Shown here piece after piece: positions 23,701-42,621 of a stretch of 64,000 nucleotides of DNA. Location: assembly GCA_949358305.1 (NCBI GenBank), contig OX442314.1, positions 28,396,001 through 28,460,000 of the forward strand. Direction: 5' to 3'. A model generated the notes under the pieces. The model was not told the origin of the DNA and ran no database searches. It saw only the letters and a program-made list of their open reading frames with translations. Source of the DNA: Strigamia acuminata. Taxonomy: Eukaryota. Both the position numbers and the translations under genes were made by a program. The number at the start of each line of letters is the position of its first letter. Position 1 is the stretch's first letter.

Positions 23701-26700
23701 ATTTCCCTTAACTTGGTCATCGTCAAATAAGGACATCGGGTGATTAAAAAAAATCCTGGTTCGCTGTGATTCAACATTATTTATATTCGACAGTATCGGA
23801 CTCACGGTTGGTATATACCGTAACTAATCACGCAGAGGGTGAAAAATGTCTTCAGGCATGTAAATATAAAATAGCGGGTCATAAGCGGCGCGGTAGGATT
23901 ATTATTATGGAGGAGCGCTTGTGAGGACGCAAAATTAATAATGGGTGACGTTCTCAAACTAAAATCTAGGAGTAGAAGCTCGGTCAAAGGTAGAAAGAGA
24001 AATGATTTTAATGAGTAGAAATGAAATTAAGTCACCTTGATCATATGTTGATTGGCCTCATCAACTATGATCGGACGTGAAGGAAGAAATAAAGTTGATT
24101 GTTGAAAATAATGTGATGCGCAAATCTTTGCGCATACATTTAGAAGAATGAATCAGCAAAATAAAATAGAATGAAAATAATACAAAATAGAAAAATAAGA
24201 ATAGGTCAAATCAAAATAAAAAATAGGGTACGTAGCATGTAAGTTGACGTTATGTGTATGTGTATCAAGATGGGTCCACACCTGCGTAACATCGCGATGT
24301 ATATGCAGATGTGAACCCATCTTTAGAGGAATACTTACCAAATAGGCATTGGCCATTGCAAGTTTATTCATCGCAGGCGTTTGGTATCGCCACACATCTT
24401 CTATTGACGGTTTTTTGTTCTTGATAGTCATGTTCATTAAATTGATAAAATGAATCTTGCATTCATTCTTGCCTATTTCTTTAGCATATTTCCTCCTGAA
24501 GGTAGTCATTACGGATCCATCCATACATGCAATTAAATTGGGTAAATACAATGTGTGATTTTCTTGAATAATTACCACATATCTTGTCGGCTCACTCATA
24601 TATAATGCGATTCTTTCTTTGCTCACATAAACTGCCAATATCGCAGAAGTAAATATAAGCATTAAATTCAATGTAGATTGCAGTAGAAGTTTTTTTTGTG
24701 GCTGCTGCATCACACTTTGAGAAACATCTTTCTTTTTGTCGATGACCAAATGCATTTGCTTAGTAGTTTTCTTTTTTATGCTCGCTTTAAGTTGGGCAGG
24801 TCTGATGTATTTAGACAAAATGAGAACAAACATTTGAGCAATTTCAATCAAAGACAGAAGAGAAAATCCCAAAGAGAATCCCAAATTGCCCCCAAAATCG
24901 ATCAATAAGTTTGGAATGGTGTAAATGTAGGTTTCTGTCATTCTGACAAACAATTCTTCCAATACTTTAAAATTGAGACTTATTAGATCTTTGCCACTTG
25001 GTTCATCTTGAAAATCTAACTTAAAACATAATAATTTTGAGAATGATGTATAAAAATACAATTATACTCTGGCTGACCGTAAGTGGGTACCCAGTTCATA
25101 TTGGCCAAGCCTGTTTACTCCTAATGTTGCCGTTATATTACCACCAGCAAAAGTAGTTTTTTTTCACTCAATTTTTGTGATTATTGTAATGATTAAAATA
25201 ATATCATTTTAATTGGATTTTATAATAGAATAATTTTCGAATTTATAAAATACAATTTTATGCTGTTTTTAGTTTAATACACATGTCTGTTTAGTTTAGT
25301 GATTACTTTACCTGGAAAGCACACAATTTTGAATTTTGCCAATTACCTAGGCTATCGATTGCAATGTCTGTACATCTATTGTGTTTCTGGTGTTTTGGCT
25401 TACTTTTAGGTATACCAGTGAAATGGCTCGGCCAATAGGTGAGCCAGAGTATAGAAGATGTTATCGTTTAACTTGTATCAGAATAGAGTAGAAACAAATA
25501 AACATTCTGTTCACAAGGTCTCAAGCAACCACAATCGAACGATGGCAGTGTAGTCGTTTCATGGAAATATGCTTCGTCATACATTTCAGCCACAATTGAT
25601 TTGTTTGACTCTAAACTGCAATCCATCAAAGTTTTGTTGGACATAAAAGGCAACCTGGTAAGTCAAAAATCTATGAGTTTATCAATATTTAGATGTTGCA
25701 TGCAATTAGACCTGCATCGTTGAGGAGTTTTTTTCCTCACACAATCTTCGTAGCATTGGGTTTCCTTTTTCTTATCCGGTTCACAATAGGGATGTCTCGA
25801 AGCTAAAAATTGATACTACCAAAAAACAAATGCAGCATTACTATATTTGGTAATCCATCACAATAAACACGATGGACAAGCTGACATCTGATATATTCAA
25901 ACTTATAAACGTTTGTAATGCACTACAAATTTCACAATATCTGCAACAGGTTAATTGAGCTTACACTTCGAATGAAAAATTGCATATCAGATTCAATTCC
26001 TGACGCCACCGAGAAAGTATATTGGTGAGACATAACGCCAACTACCGCTGTCATCTAATATTCAAGTGTGTAAAAATAAAAGTATTACGTTACAAACTCC
26101 AATAAAATCGTAAAAAATGAGATTCTTATCGAAATTTGTGGCTTGACACAGTTGGTGCTATTCGTTTTGAAGAGTAGGTGTAATTTCATGTTTTGTGCTA
26201 ATTTTCGATCTGGTATACTTAAACTTAGGGGCCGTTCATAAATTACGTAACGCACAATTTGGGATTTTTAGACCCCCTCCCTCCCCCCTCTGTAACATAG
26301 TCGTAACATAGTCGTAACTTATGGACGGCCTCTTATACACTTTTGTAATGCACTACAAATTTCACAATATCTACAAACACAACAGGTTAATTAAGCTTAC
26401 ACTTCGAATAAAAACGTGAATATCAGATTCAATTCCTGACACCACCGAGAAAGTATATTGGTAAGACATGACGCCAACTACCGCTGACATCTAATATTCA
26501 AGTGTGTAAAAAAAGTATAAGTTACAAACTCCAATAAAATAATAAATGATGAGATTCTTACCGTAATTTGTGGCTCGATACAATTGGTTCTATTCGTTTT
26601 AAAGAGTATGTGAAATTTCATATTGGGGGCTAATTTTCGATCTATAGATTTAGCCAAAAATATTAAAACCTCAAAATTATTTTATTTTGTTTTAATTTCT

Positions 26701-28171
26701 AACTTCTTTTAATTTCTAAGACCAAAGATCGTCCACCGACATCATTTCGATAGCTTAGTGAAAATTCTGTGTTATCCTTTCTAGAAATTCCTTCTTTAAT
26801 TGTTGTTTCATGCAATACAGTTTTGCCCTGAAAAGTTATACGAATATAGTTGTACCATAATTCAGGATATTACTGTATACGTATAAAATGCACACTACAC
26901 GTACCCCCCCCCCCCCCCATTTAACTCCGATAATCAAGTTCCCTTTATAAATAACTACACTGTGATATAGTGTTTATATGAATAATTGTAAAGATCGCCA
27001 CGAGATGGCGATAGATTGTAAAGTGTGTGACCGAGGATATAAAGGTCGTTGAAGGCCAAATAAAGTCAGATAGGAATCAAGTACGAATGCGTGTGTGTGT
27101 CACCTTTATTGGACATGTTACGACATTACATACACATACGATAAAAAAATTATGGCATTATGTCCATGAATTTGCTGTCATTTACTGTCACGTCCATGAA
27201 TAAAATTGAACAATTTCGGTCCCACTAACACTTGTTTTGCATTGTTTTTAATAACAATTTTTACAAGGATCTGAATACTTATTATAATGAGAATGACAAC
27301 TGTAGGATGCTGGGCTTCAGCATCAGTGACCAATTCCCTGCATCCCATCGTTGCCCAGGAGATGGAATAATTCAGACAGAGCTTATGATTTAGTGTCTAA
27401 CTTCACTTCCTGTTTTACACAAGAAAGGTCATTTGTTGCTACTCTCTAACAGAGAAGCAAAGTAATTCTTTATTGTTTCTTTTCCTGACCAACCGTCGCT
27501 AAGGGGAAATATGGAAGCTGCATGACGACATCAGTGATTGTATTGGTAGCAATACTTGTACAAGCCTAACTTTTATCATTAAAAGCTAACAATTACTAGA
27601 ACAATTTTATGTGGTGACAGTACATAATATCAACAAATATCCCATCCGGTATTAATAAAATAATAGGATTAAATACCTGTCTTATCTTGACGTGCTGTAA
27701 ATTGCTTGACATGTTGCTTTTTAACCAAAAATCTGTATAATTTTCAATTTTTACTGCTGCAGAAATCATTCCTTTCAGTGGCCAAATACAAACACGTAAT
27801 CTTTCGATGTTGTCTCGCATTGAAGAAACTTCTTCTATTTTTTCCCAGTATTCGGACAAAGATCCGGTATCGAGACCAAAGTACCTCGTTTCTGGGAACG
27901 TCATTTCACCTATTGGAACATATTCAATTTCAACTTTGATATGTCCATCGATGTAGAATTGGATTCTATCCATTGTCTGGTAACAGAAAATAATGCCACA
28001 AACGATCAAAACAACGAACCAAAGTGCCCGGACTAAACTTCTCTTTTTTTTGTTGAAAACATTATCAATAAACTTCAAACTATCATTGCCTGACAGTGAA
28101 GTTTGCATTTCTTGCCGTACAAAACGACGAATATGACTTCGACGAAGCCTAAGAGCTTTCACCGCAGTCAT
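5765..28171 (-). CDS. Tandem two-domain DEG/ENaC-like channel gene (copy B), multi-exon, last exon disrupted by an LTR retrotransposon; probably a disrupted allele or pseudogene
   Basis: Exons read with GT/AG ends: 27677-28171 (TM1a), 26562-26641, 26401-26490, 25712-25802 (CEPD...CYEDCV...CR), 25473-25654 (LPFM...CGCLRPCEQ), 24339-25015 (GGNLGFSLGFSLLSLIE TM2a, linker, TM1b, YMSEPT...LYLPNLIAC), 22008-22083 (PTGTCFQ), an exon from 21941, and a final exon 20144-20151 + 5765-6207 (LPFL...CGCHPLCEE...DIGNSFALMLGLSILAIPE TM2b, stop). Several internal exons are unresolved. Confidence 0.7.
6212..7946 (-). repeat. 3' LTR
   Basis: Matches 18409-20143 at offset 12197; only one mismatch noticed by eye (7666 T vs 19863 C). 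Confidence 0.97.
7585..7632 (-). promoter_or_regulatory. LTR promoter: TATA box and paired CCAAT boxes (also 19782-19829 in the 5' LTR)
   Basis: Minus-strand TATATAA at 7589-7595, with ATTGG/CCAAT motifs at ~7614 and ~7625 just upstream, ~350 bp into the LTR. Confidence 0.55.
7947..7958 (-). other. Polypurine tract (short)
   Basis: Minus-strand CACCGGGGGATG directly abuts the 3' LTR start. Confidence 0.6.
8698..10215 (-). CDS. Retrotransposon accessory ORF3 (505 aa), Cys-rich, unknown function, not env-like
   Basis: Intact sense-orientation ORF between pol and the 3' LTR; basic/Ser N-terminus, Pro/Ala region, CPFCVGCGWCC..CPNC..CWAHCPKC cluster, acidic C-terminus; no evident signal peptide or TM helix. 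Confidence 0.75.
   Translation of the reverse strand: MGSGKHRSKRSHRRHRHESSSSSTSSSDEQRRSAERAYMRAQPIPTAPASMYALTPLQLATLNWLSVHPDGFPLDLNAMMQAPSTSAQPTVYESAQLAPMAQVAYPPANVINVPLAPHSPEFRPPTASVAPTVANTSNAAAPTVTGQSASVTHLPAGAESSASEYGWNEPPPGALRYSEPVSRNREYRAANKAKKKDEKARLRKEQCERDMAAGIPHDNIVTDQATETICPFCVGCGWCCGASAGSSLMRCPNCRGRKTRPRSEPWRKEVQPHVVKGIKPNEKRCWAHCPKCRLFLNSRGEAVYIDPRFLTWTRAEANAGVRVELLRQSPPPSEDSEVSTETVQAADSVGSEVVEEFVRPRTMSRGRGCLTLDRAREIAKVQRTNILARGRARKLQQAVEASSKPVEDPPAVVIDESSAPIAPKSETSDEAQFEDAEELLSVVDFVAELLDDMPFPPPSPDEIEAPEEAVFSAVSTEATEESDFLTSAEVEKKEEKVSTDVEKKD
10664..11392 (-). CDS. Integrase C-terminal part (GPY/F region), frameshifted from pol
   Basis: FEVGDLVW...KRDGPWEITKVLPGGAYKL motif; overlaps the pol ORF end in the -1 frame at ~11392. 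Confidence 0.85.
   Translation of the reverse strand: MHRRIQLNFERHRKIHEQKFVITEFEVGDLVWKQTHILSCADKNISAGFAEKRDGPWEITKVLPGGAYKLRKLSDGSIEKSVNIKALYPYTPSYPIETWKVGQKSASYSPQENPKWMDESNQLPDAEEMELIPETSSEIPMELSDSTSVQIDKSAPTKSKHRHRQRLTAIERKAALKRGEVPKKPPRKPRKPQPIVPRTSTHPRRERKPNPKYADENFVRNITAVFKKPYQQRGKASKFCWN
11371..14322 (-). CDS. pol: Pol: protease C-terminus, reverse transcriptase, RNase H, integrase core
   Basis: ILGHNF; RMCIDYRWLN; MPFGLCNAP; YLDD; TDAS; ELECLAVVWAI; ADALSR; H-H-C-C zinc finger; MDLMGP; SDNGKQF; ERANRDIK. Confidence 0.96.
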   Translation of the reverse strand: MILGHNFMRRQKISPHPHLQEFSCADKPNWSAPYESEEANLALAPLNRITFDYLGLSSTLNSIELTDTPVLTWDEKLVEESDCTPEQRLALREVVKSIPNVFRDQVGCTNVTQHRIKFKEGHSLPKMQYRMYNPAKRAIMTKLAAELEQDGLIEKAKGPFISHPVIVAKPDGSYRMCIDYRWLNAITEVEVIQMPSIDLLLHNTGPAKYFTSIDLVKGYYQVEMCEEDRPKTAFYTPNGPYQFVRMPFGLCNAPCTFQRLMEGILGSALQDYALVYLDDVIVYSDNWDDHLKHVRDVLERLNQANMTINKAKSRFGRTELKFLGHWIKPEGLFGDPDKISAIMKFPTPTCAKDIQRFHGMTNFFRKFVPNHGTIAAPYTRMMNEKTPFEWGDEQTEAFNRIKELLCGDNCLHKPDMTLPFVVMTDASHEGLGAVLCQDVDIFDEKKQKNISVPRPVAYASRVLRGAEKRYTTPELECLAVVWAIDRFKPYLEYGTFTLESDAEALKWLMRTPEPSGKFGRWALRIQCGNFKIVFRKGAANQVADALSRAPLTEEDIPLRDHVEPVEIKQYWPEWDGNPSVSLNRAPEKREYLASVRSYFSENSKECSEEKEGEEVQETLYSALTEVLKEVPPTRREIIDAQLLDNECKRIREYLLNDKVVGIPQSEIKEWKNKVKNYCLDKKEVDGDQMIIYFNPSFEEELNDSGNGFKAVVPSALVKRVLFACHGHPLSGHAGMSKTLEKTRLIYFWPGMSRSVRNYVKSCTHCAQYKPIQQKRHAAPYTPHNMTNPWECINMDLMGPKPAGRSQNQYIFVIIDNCTKFVEIKALTKATSANCVQELRSVTNRWGHPKKIVSDNGKQFVSDIYNEYCEMYNIRPSHTSTYHAQANPTERANRDIKTMLALYTDVHTQWSRYLDEFAFAMRNNVSSATGSSPMLLNTGRIVTLPFDPRIIKHANPFDKENPEKYVRVLLDVLDRIKRCIAEFN
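14282..14860 (-). CDS. Pol N-terminus with aspartic protease active site, reached by -1 frameshift from gag
   Basis: ALMDTGASQCYI motif; this frame is open back to the A AAA AAC site at the gag stop. Confidence 0.85.
   Translation of the reverse strand, partial: LDPGEEGLFHPPEVADATSESLFMDVDTTCLEVATSHSGGVEENLQEMTEQLKNLTLFPHKCYTKKFCRLRRLNRVIGGNNLHNITLGNNKDDPRMKITIGGLTYNALMDTGASQCYIGEQLLSETQALPEFLQEAPRNMLVNAVGVAHKPVGQITLCVQWADEFTPMNFIVLAKRCLWLDTWSQFHAQTEN
14857..17103 (-). CDS. gag: Gag (748 aa): Asn/Gly/Ser-rich N-half, capsid-like domain, CCHC zinc knuckle
   Basis: PPDIPVFSG...A..WF...SWEVFEQAFKERF capsid-like motif; CYHCKKPGHMRRDC knuckle. Confidence 0.92.
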   Translation of the reverse strand: MTNNQHHMNTRGKERTCLTGGMNLSGFIPVPNGTEEVENHAVHNGVSNETAGPSGENRAPREPTPPGEEECIPEGSHLGRGGLLFCQDHGLNPNQFRSLTEVLDFVHAPRATSEQPHSPASQRLNNFSPTPSTPISRYRNKNAQPPRQDQSNLTPGDFNRAFQQRLRANNFARNQQRGFTNPENFENTFNRANLDPPNMVNPNPSFLNGSNSCPNLAGNLNPNSGATRGPNRRFDPNSRFANNSSPAPNMQRGHPVPPNSNNLNNPNDLNNPSTGTPGNSNNYLNRGTPGNSNYRPNFGNQESSNNRSNFDNQGNSNNHSNYGNRGNSNNHSNFGNHSRSNQGGSNNFNPNSGGSSQNNSSQPNNGGSSNDNSRPPSSFGMTADDLASIATTMHKLIQAGKSSATVPQTNCLKPPDIPVFSGKAEESERFLNIVKNVAFLRNMSLDDMLVKGVAGYLTEQAHGWFHERREDFISWEVFEQAFKERFVATRQERTNQLTKLKQLETESLYDFMHKYYQLWILQDSLDAKGAGCLFIGSVTPANDLLLHTQGIADLPLTEIYAVITKNKGLYSRTANGARENISNPVVFPPRKTDTRPQSKTNVKSLTLNSQEQLNICDEELPEECEAVYLINGAVDQTRRGQLVCYHCKKPGHMRRDCPDLKPRTNFNSEELQKRSTPDSPTVDPTSKRPNNRWITQEVLDATLDAKLDAKLNTFENKLQTSLTNSLAEMVKTLIKPESADSSATSSKN
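18389..18406 (-). other. Primer-binding site complementary to the tRNA-Gln 3' end (second copy at 18206-18223)
   Basis: Minus-strand TGGAGGTTCTACCGAGAT begins 2 nt after the 5' LTR; its complement ATCTCGGTAGAACCT-CCA matches the eukaryotic tRNA-Gln 3' end as recalled. Confidence 0.85.
18409..20143 (-). repeat. 5' LTR
   Basis: Direct repeat of 6212-7946, followed on the minus strand by the PBS. Confidence 0.97.
20463..20695 (+). repeat. Short LTR-like dispersed repeat; related inverted copy at ~28970-29198
   Basis: Both start TGTGGAGT and share CCGATAGACGTTT(T)ATTG..AACAGCCAAT, AATAAAGAA..CACTTT(T)GAATT and GTGTGTGT; no TSD found. Confidence 0.35.
22105..22683 (+). mobile_element. Solo LTR (579 bp) in a DEG/ENaC intron
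   Basis: TGTG...CACA termini; ATCA duplicated on both sides (22101-22104, 22684-22687); AATAAA at ~22586. Confidence 0.75.
25913..26645 (-). repeat. Internal tandem duplication (~300 bp) of two DEG/ENaC exons
   Basis: 25913-26215 resembles 26343-26645; both hold an 80-nt and a 90-nt exon; the donor of the second 80-nt copy is GT>AT. Confidence 0.85.
26228..26332. mobile_element. PIF/Harbinger-like MITE; related one-ended copy at ~45904
   Basis: GGGGCCGTTCATAA...TTATGGACGGCCTC TIRs; TTA on both sides. Confidence 0.7.
26961..27130 (+). mobile_element. Very short solo LTR (170 bp)
   Basis: TGTGAT...ATTACA termini; 5-bp TSD TACAC (26956-26960, 27131-27135); internal TATAAA and AATAAA. Confidence 0.7.
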
Positions 28172-29803
28172 TTTGCATCAAATTCTACTGTGGTAATGAC
28201 ATACCTTTGACACCTAGCTTAACTCGTGTCTCCACAAAAAATTAAAATTTTTAATTAAAATTTGTGATTTGCATATAAAAATCCAGTTTCGGAACACCAC
28301 TCCCCACAGTCCCCAGTGTGAGTCAGGAAACAAATTCAATAAAATTAATTAATTTTAGCGAGAGTAACCGATAAGTAATTTAAGTAATGTGCGGTTGTGT
28401 ATGAAAAAATTTAATTAGTAGAGCCCATTCTAATTGAAACCCGCCCACAATTACAGGATTAACAATCCATGTGTCCAGAAAATTAAAGGTACTGCATACA
28501 CCAACAACTTGAAATTATTAGTTTAGTAAATACTGAAGATGGGGTTAATTCAGGGTTAACTTGCTTTCAGCCAGCCCTGGCTCTAATAAGAATCATTTTC
28601 AGAGCATGGTGTAATGTAGGGCAGTTCTTCTCAAAGTGTGGTCTGCCTGCAAGGCAACAGGCTGGTGGTCCGAAAATAAGCTTCGTACAAATAAGTGAGG
28701 TGATTAATTAAACCAAAAAAACTACGTTTTTGAAAAGGGCTTTTATGCTGTATCCCTGCAAAATTTGAATCCATACTAAAAATTTGCCAAATGACAAATC
28801 GTTTTTTAGCAAATAAAAAAAAATGTAGCTCAGATCAAAAAGTTATCAGCACCATTTGAAAGAGCGGCAAATTCTGCACAGGAAACATATTTTTAATTTT
28901 TTAAACTGTTAATTTTCCATATTTTTTGTTTTTATGGTCAAATTTAAATTTCTTACTAAATTGACCATGCGGTCGCCAGCTACGATTTTGGCAACACACA
29001 CGCTTGCTTGTTACAATTCAAAGTGATTCTTTATTCAAATTCAACTAATTATATATCTCACTGGTCAGCCCTGATTGGCTGTTTACAATAAAACGTCTAT
29101 CGGACGTTTTGTCTCAGACTGTTGTCCCAGGTGGCGCTCCGGTTTGCTTACAGTTTGCCGTAAATCAGAGTTTTCAGCATTCGTACTTCCACTCCACAGC
29201 GCTTAAAAATGAGTCTTTTTTTAATTTCTTTTTATTATAATGTGTGGAATGACCTGTTCTAGGGCTTGACGTCGGCCAAAATTTAATTTTTTGTTATGCT
29301 GAATTGATTTTTGGAAAAAAACACCCAAAATTAGACAAACCGGAAGTTGAACCACACACACAAACGTTCAAGTCAAGTTAAATAAAAGTCGGTTTCTTTC
29401 AAAAGCCCGCCTGATAGCGCGTCTCGGAAAACCTAGACTTGAAAACGGCCGAGATGCTGCAAGTATAAACCCGCGTCATAATGGAATCCCATGTTCAATT
29501 AAAAGTATGCTGAACCCACGCACCAAACCAAACCAGTTCCTTTTTCCGATTCCCCCTTCACCAACTCCGTAAAAGAATCATAAAGAATCAATTTTGAACT
29601 TTTTATTTATCTCAAATTGTGCAGATTAAATGTGCGACAAATAAACTCCGTCGACTACAGTGCGCAAGCAAACTCCGTCCGAATTCTCCGCTGCGTCCCC
29701 CAACTCAATTAAAAAACCCCTCAGCAAACATTAAACAATGACCAATAAAAACACATTCAAGCCTAACATCCTACCACAACATTGTTCCCTACCATATCAA
29801 AAC

Positions 29804-29836
<33 letters not shown>

Positions 29837-29915
29837 AAAAAGAAAAAGACAAAGAAAAACAACTAAACAGTAATACCAGCTACCGAAAAAAAACCCCAAA
29901 CAATTATGCTAACTA

Positions 29916-41080
<11,165 letters not shown>

Positions 41081-41199
41081 TTTACATTCCTAATTGAGTA
41101 ATTTTTCAATTTCCTAATTTTTTTTTCAAATCTGAAAAATCAAAAAATTTAAATTACAAAAAATCATTTCGGCAAAATCGGAAGAATACATCGACACTC

Positions 41200-41645
41200 G
41201 TGCATTTTCGCTGCAAGTGGATTAAATCGTGAATAGAAAGCCCCATGCTGAACGAATGGGAAAAACATAGAAGATTTTCTTGACTAGAAAACAGAGAAAA
41301 TGGCCGCCAACGAGAAGAATAAAGTCGATAAAAAGAATTGGGAAAAATTGGATTTTGCGCGATTGTTTGGCGGTAATCGGTGCCGGACTCGGTTAAAGGA
41401 TAGTCGAGATCCTGTTCTAACATCCAATCAACTTACTCTAGCAATTGATGCGAATTTTAATCTACCTATCCGTCATTGATCAACACCGGCACGAAACACA
41501 AAGCTTGGGGAAACACGAGCAATCCTCGACCATAAACGGCGCATGCGTCGACATTCGTCATTGTTGTTCGCGATTCGTTTTGCCTGGTTTGTGACCGGCC
41601 TCTTCTGGGAAGTTTGTGCAATATGTTTATAAATGGCGGATTGGA
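41200..41645 (-). promoter_or_regulatory. Probable brm promoter / 5' UTR region
   Basis: CpG-enriched stretch upstream of the ATG with AAAATGGCCG and AAATGGCGG (YY1/Pho-like) and GCGCATGCG (NRF1/ewg-like) motifs. Confidence 0.4.
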
Positions 41646-42621
41646 AATACTGTATTTATATCAAAATGTAACAAACTATCGTGATTAAATACGTAAACAC
41701 AAACTGCACGTTTTATTTTGCGTCAATTAAATACAATAAATTATTTACATTTCCTACAATTGAATAATTTCAAATAATTTCAATTTAATGGATATGATTT
41801 TTTTTTTCTTTTTTTTTTTTTTAAATTTTTAATCAACAAATACATTTTTCCTATTTTACAAGCATTTAAGAGTTTCTACACATGAAAAATCGTTTTAAAC
41901 TTTCCTTCTTTATATATACAAGAAAAAAAAAAGTCTCGTCAGCGATGAAAAATTACCATCTCACTTCTATACTGTACAATCATTCTTAAAGTTAAATTAA
42001 ACAAAATTAAAATCAATTTTTCTTCAATAATATTCTAAAAAAGAAAAAAAAAAGAAGTAGAAAATCAAAATTAAAGTAATTTTCAAACGGATATAATTAA
42101 AAATTTACATATGTCTGTACACGAAATAAAAATTAACAAATTTATTTACACAATTTAATTAATAAACTTAAAAATATAAGATTTTGTTTTAAAACCCTAA
42201 TGTTGTCACGCGACTTCACAAATACACAGTAAAATTAATAAAAACAACTGTTTGTTATTGTAGCATAGTAATTGTAGTAGAAAAACACATCAATTGTCAT
42301 CGCTTCTAATCAAAATGGACGACCTGGATGAAAAAAAGTCTTGGTCGGTTCTGGGGACACAAACGCAAACATTTTCGAAAAATGAAACCAAAATGGCCGT
42401 TCGGAATTCACAAAACTGTTTAAAATGCACAGTTGAATAGCGTTTTGGAACATGGTTGCATTTTTTACTTAAAGAAAAAAGAAATAATAAAGAGTTTTTG
42501 TCAAAATTGGATGGGTTTTTGAGGAGCCCCCCCAATATTTTCGTGTCCCTTATTTGGTGATGAGAGTTGAGTCTTGAAAAAATTCTTCTACGATTTAATC
42601 TTCAATTCATGTAGCTAGTTT

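Noticed and set aside
20160..24330. A third DEG/ENaC domain making a full single-chain trimer
   Set aside because: No additional TM2 signature or TM1 found between the fusion exon and the last exon; two domains is the supported minimum, although exons here are incompletely resolved.
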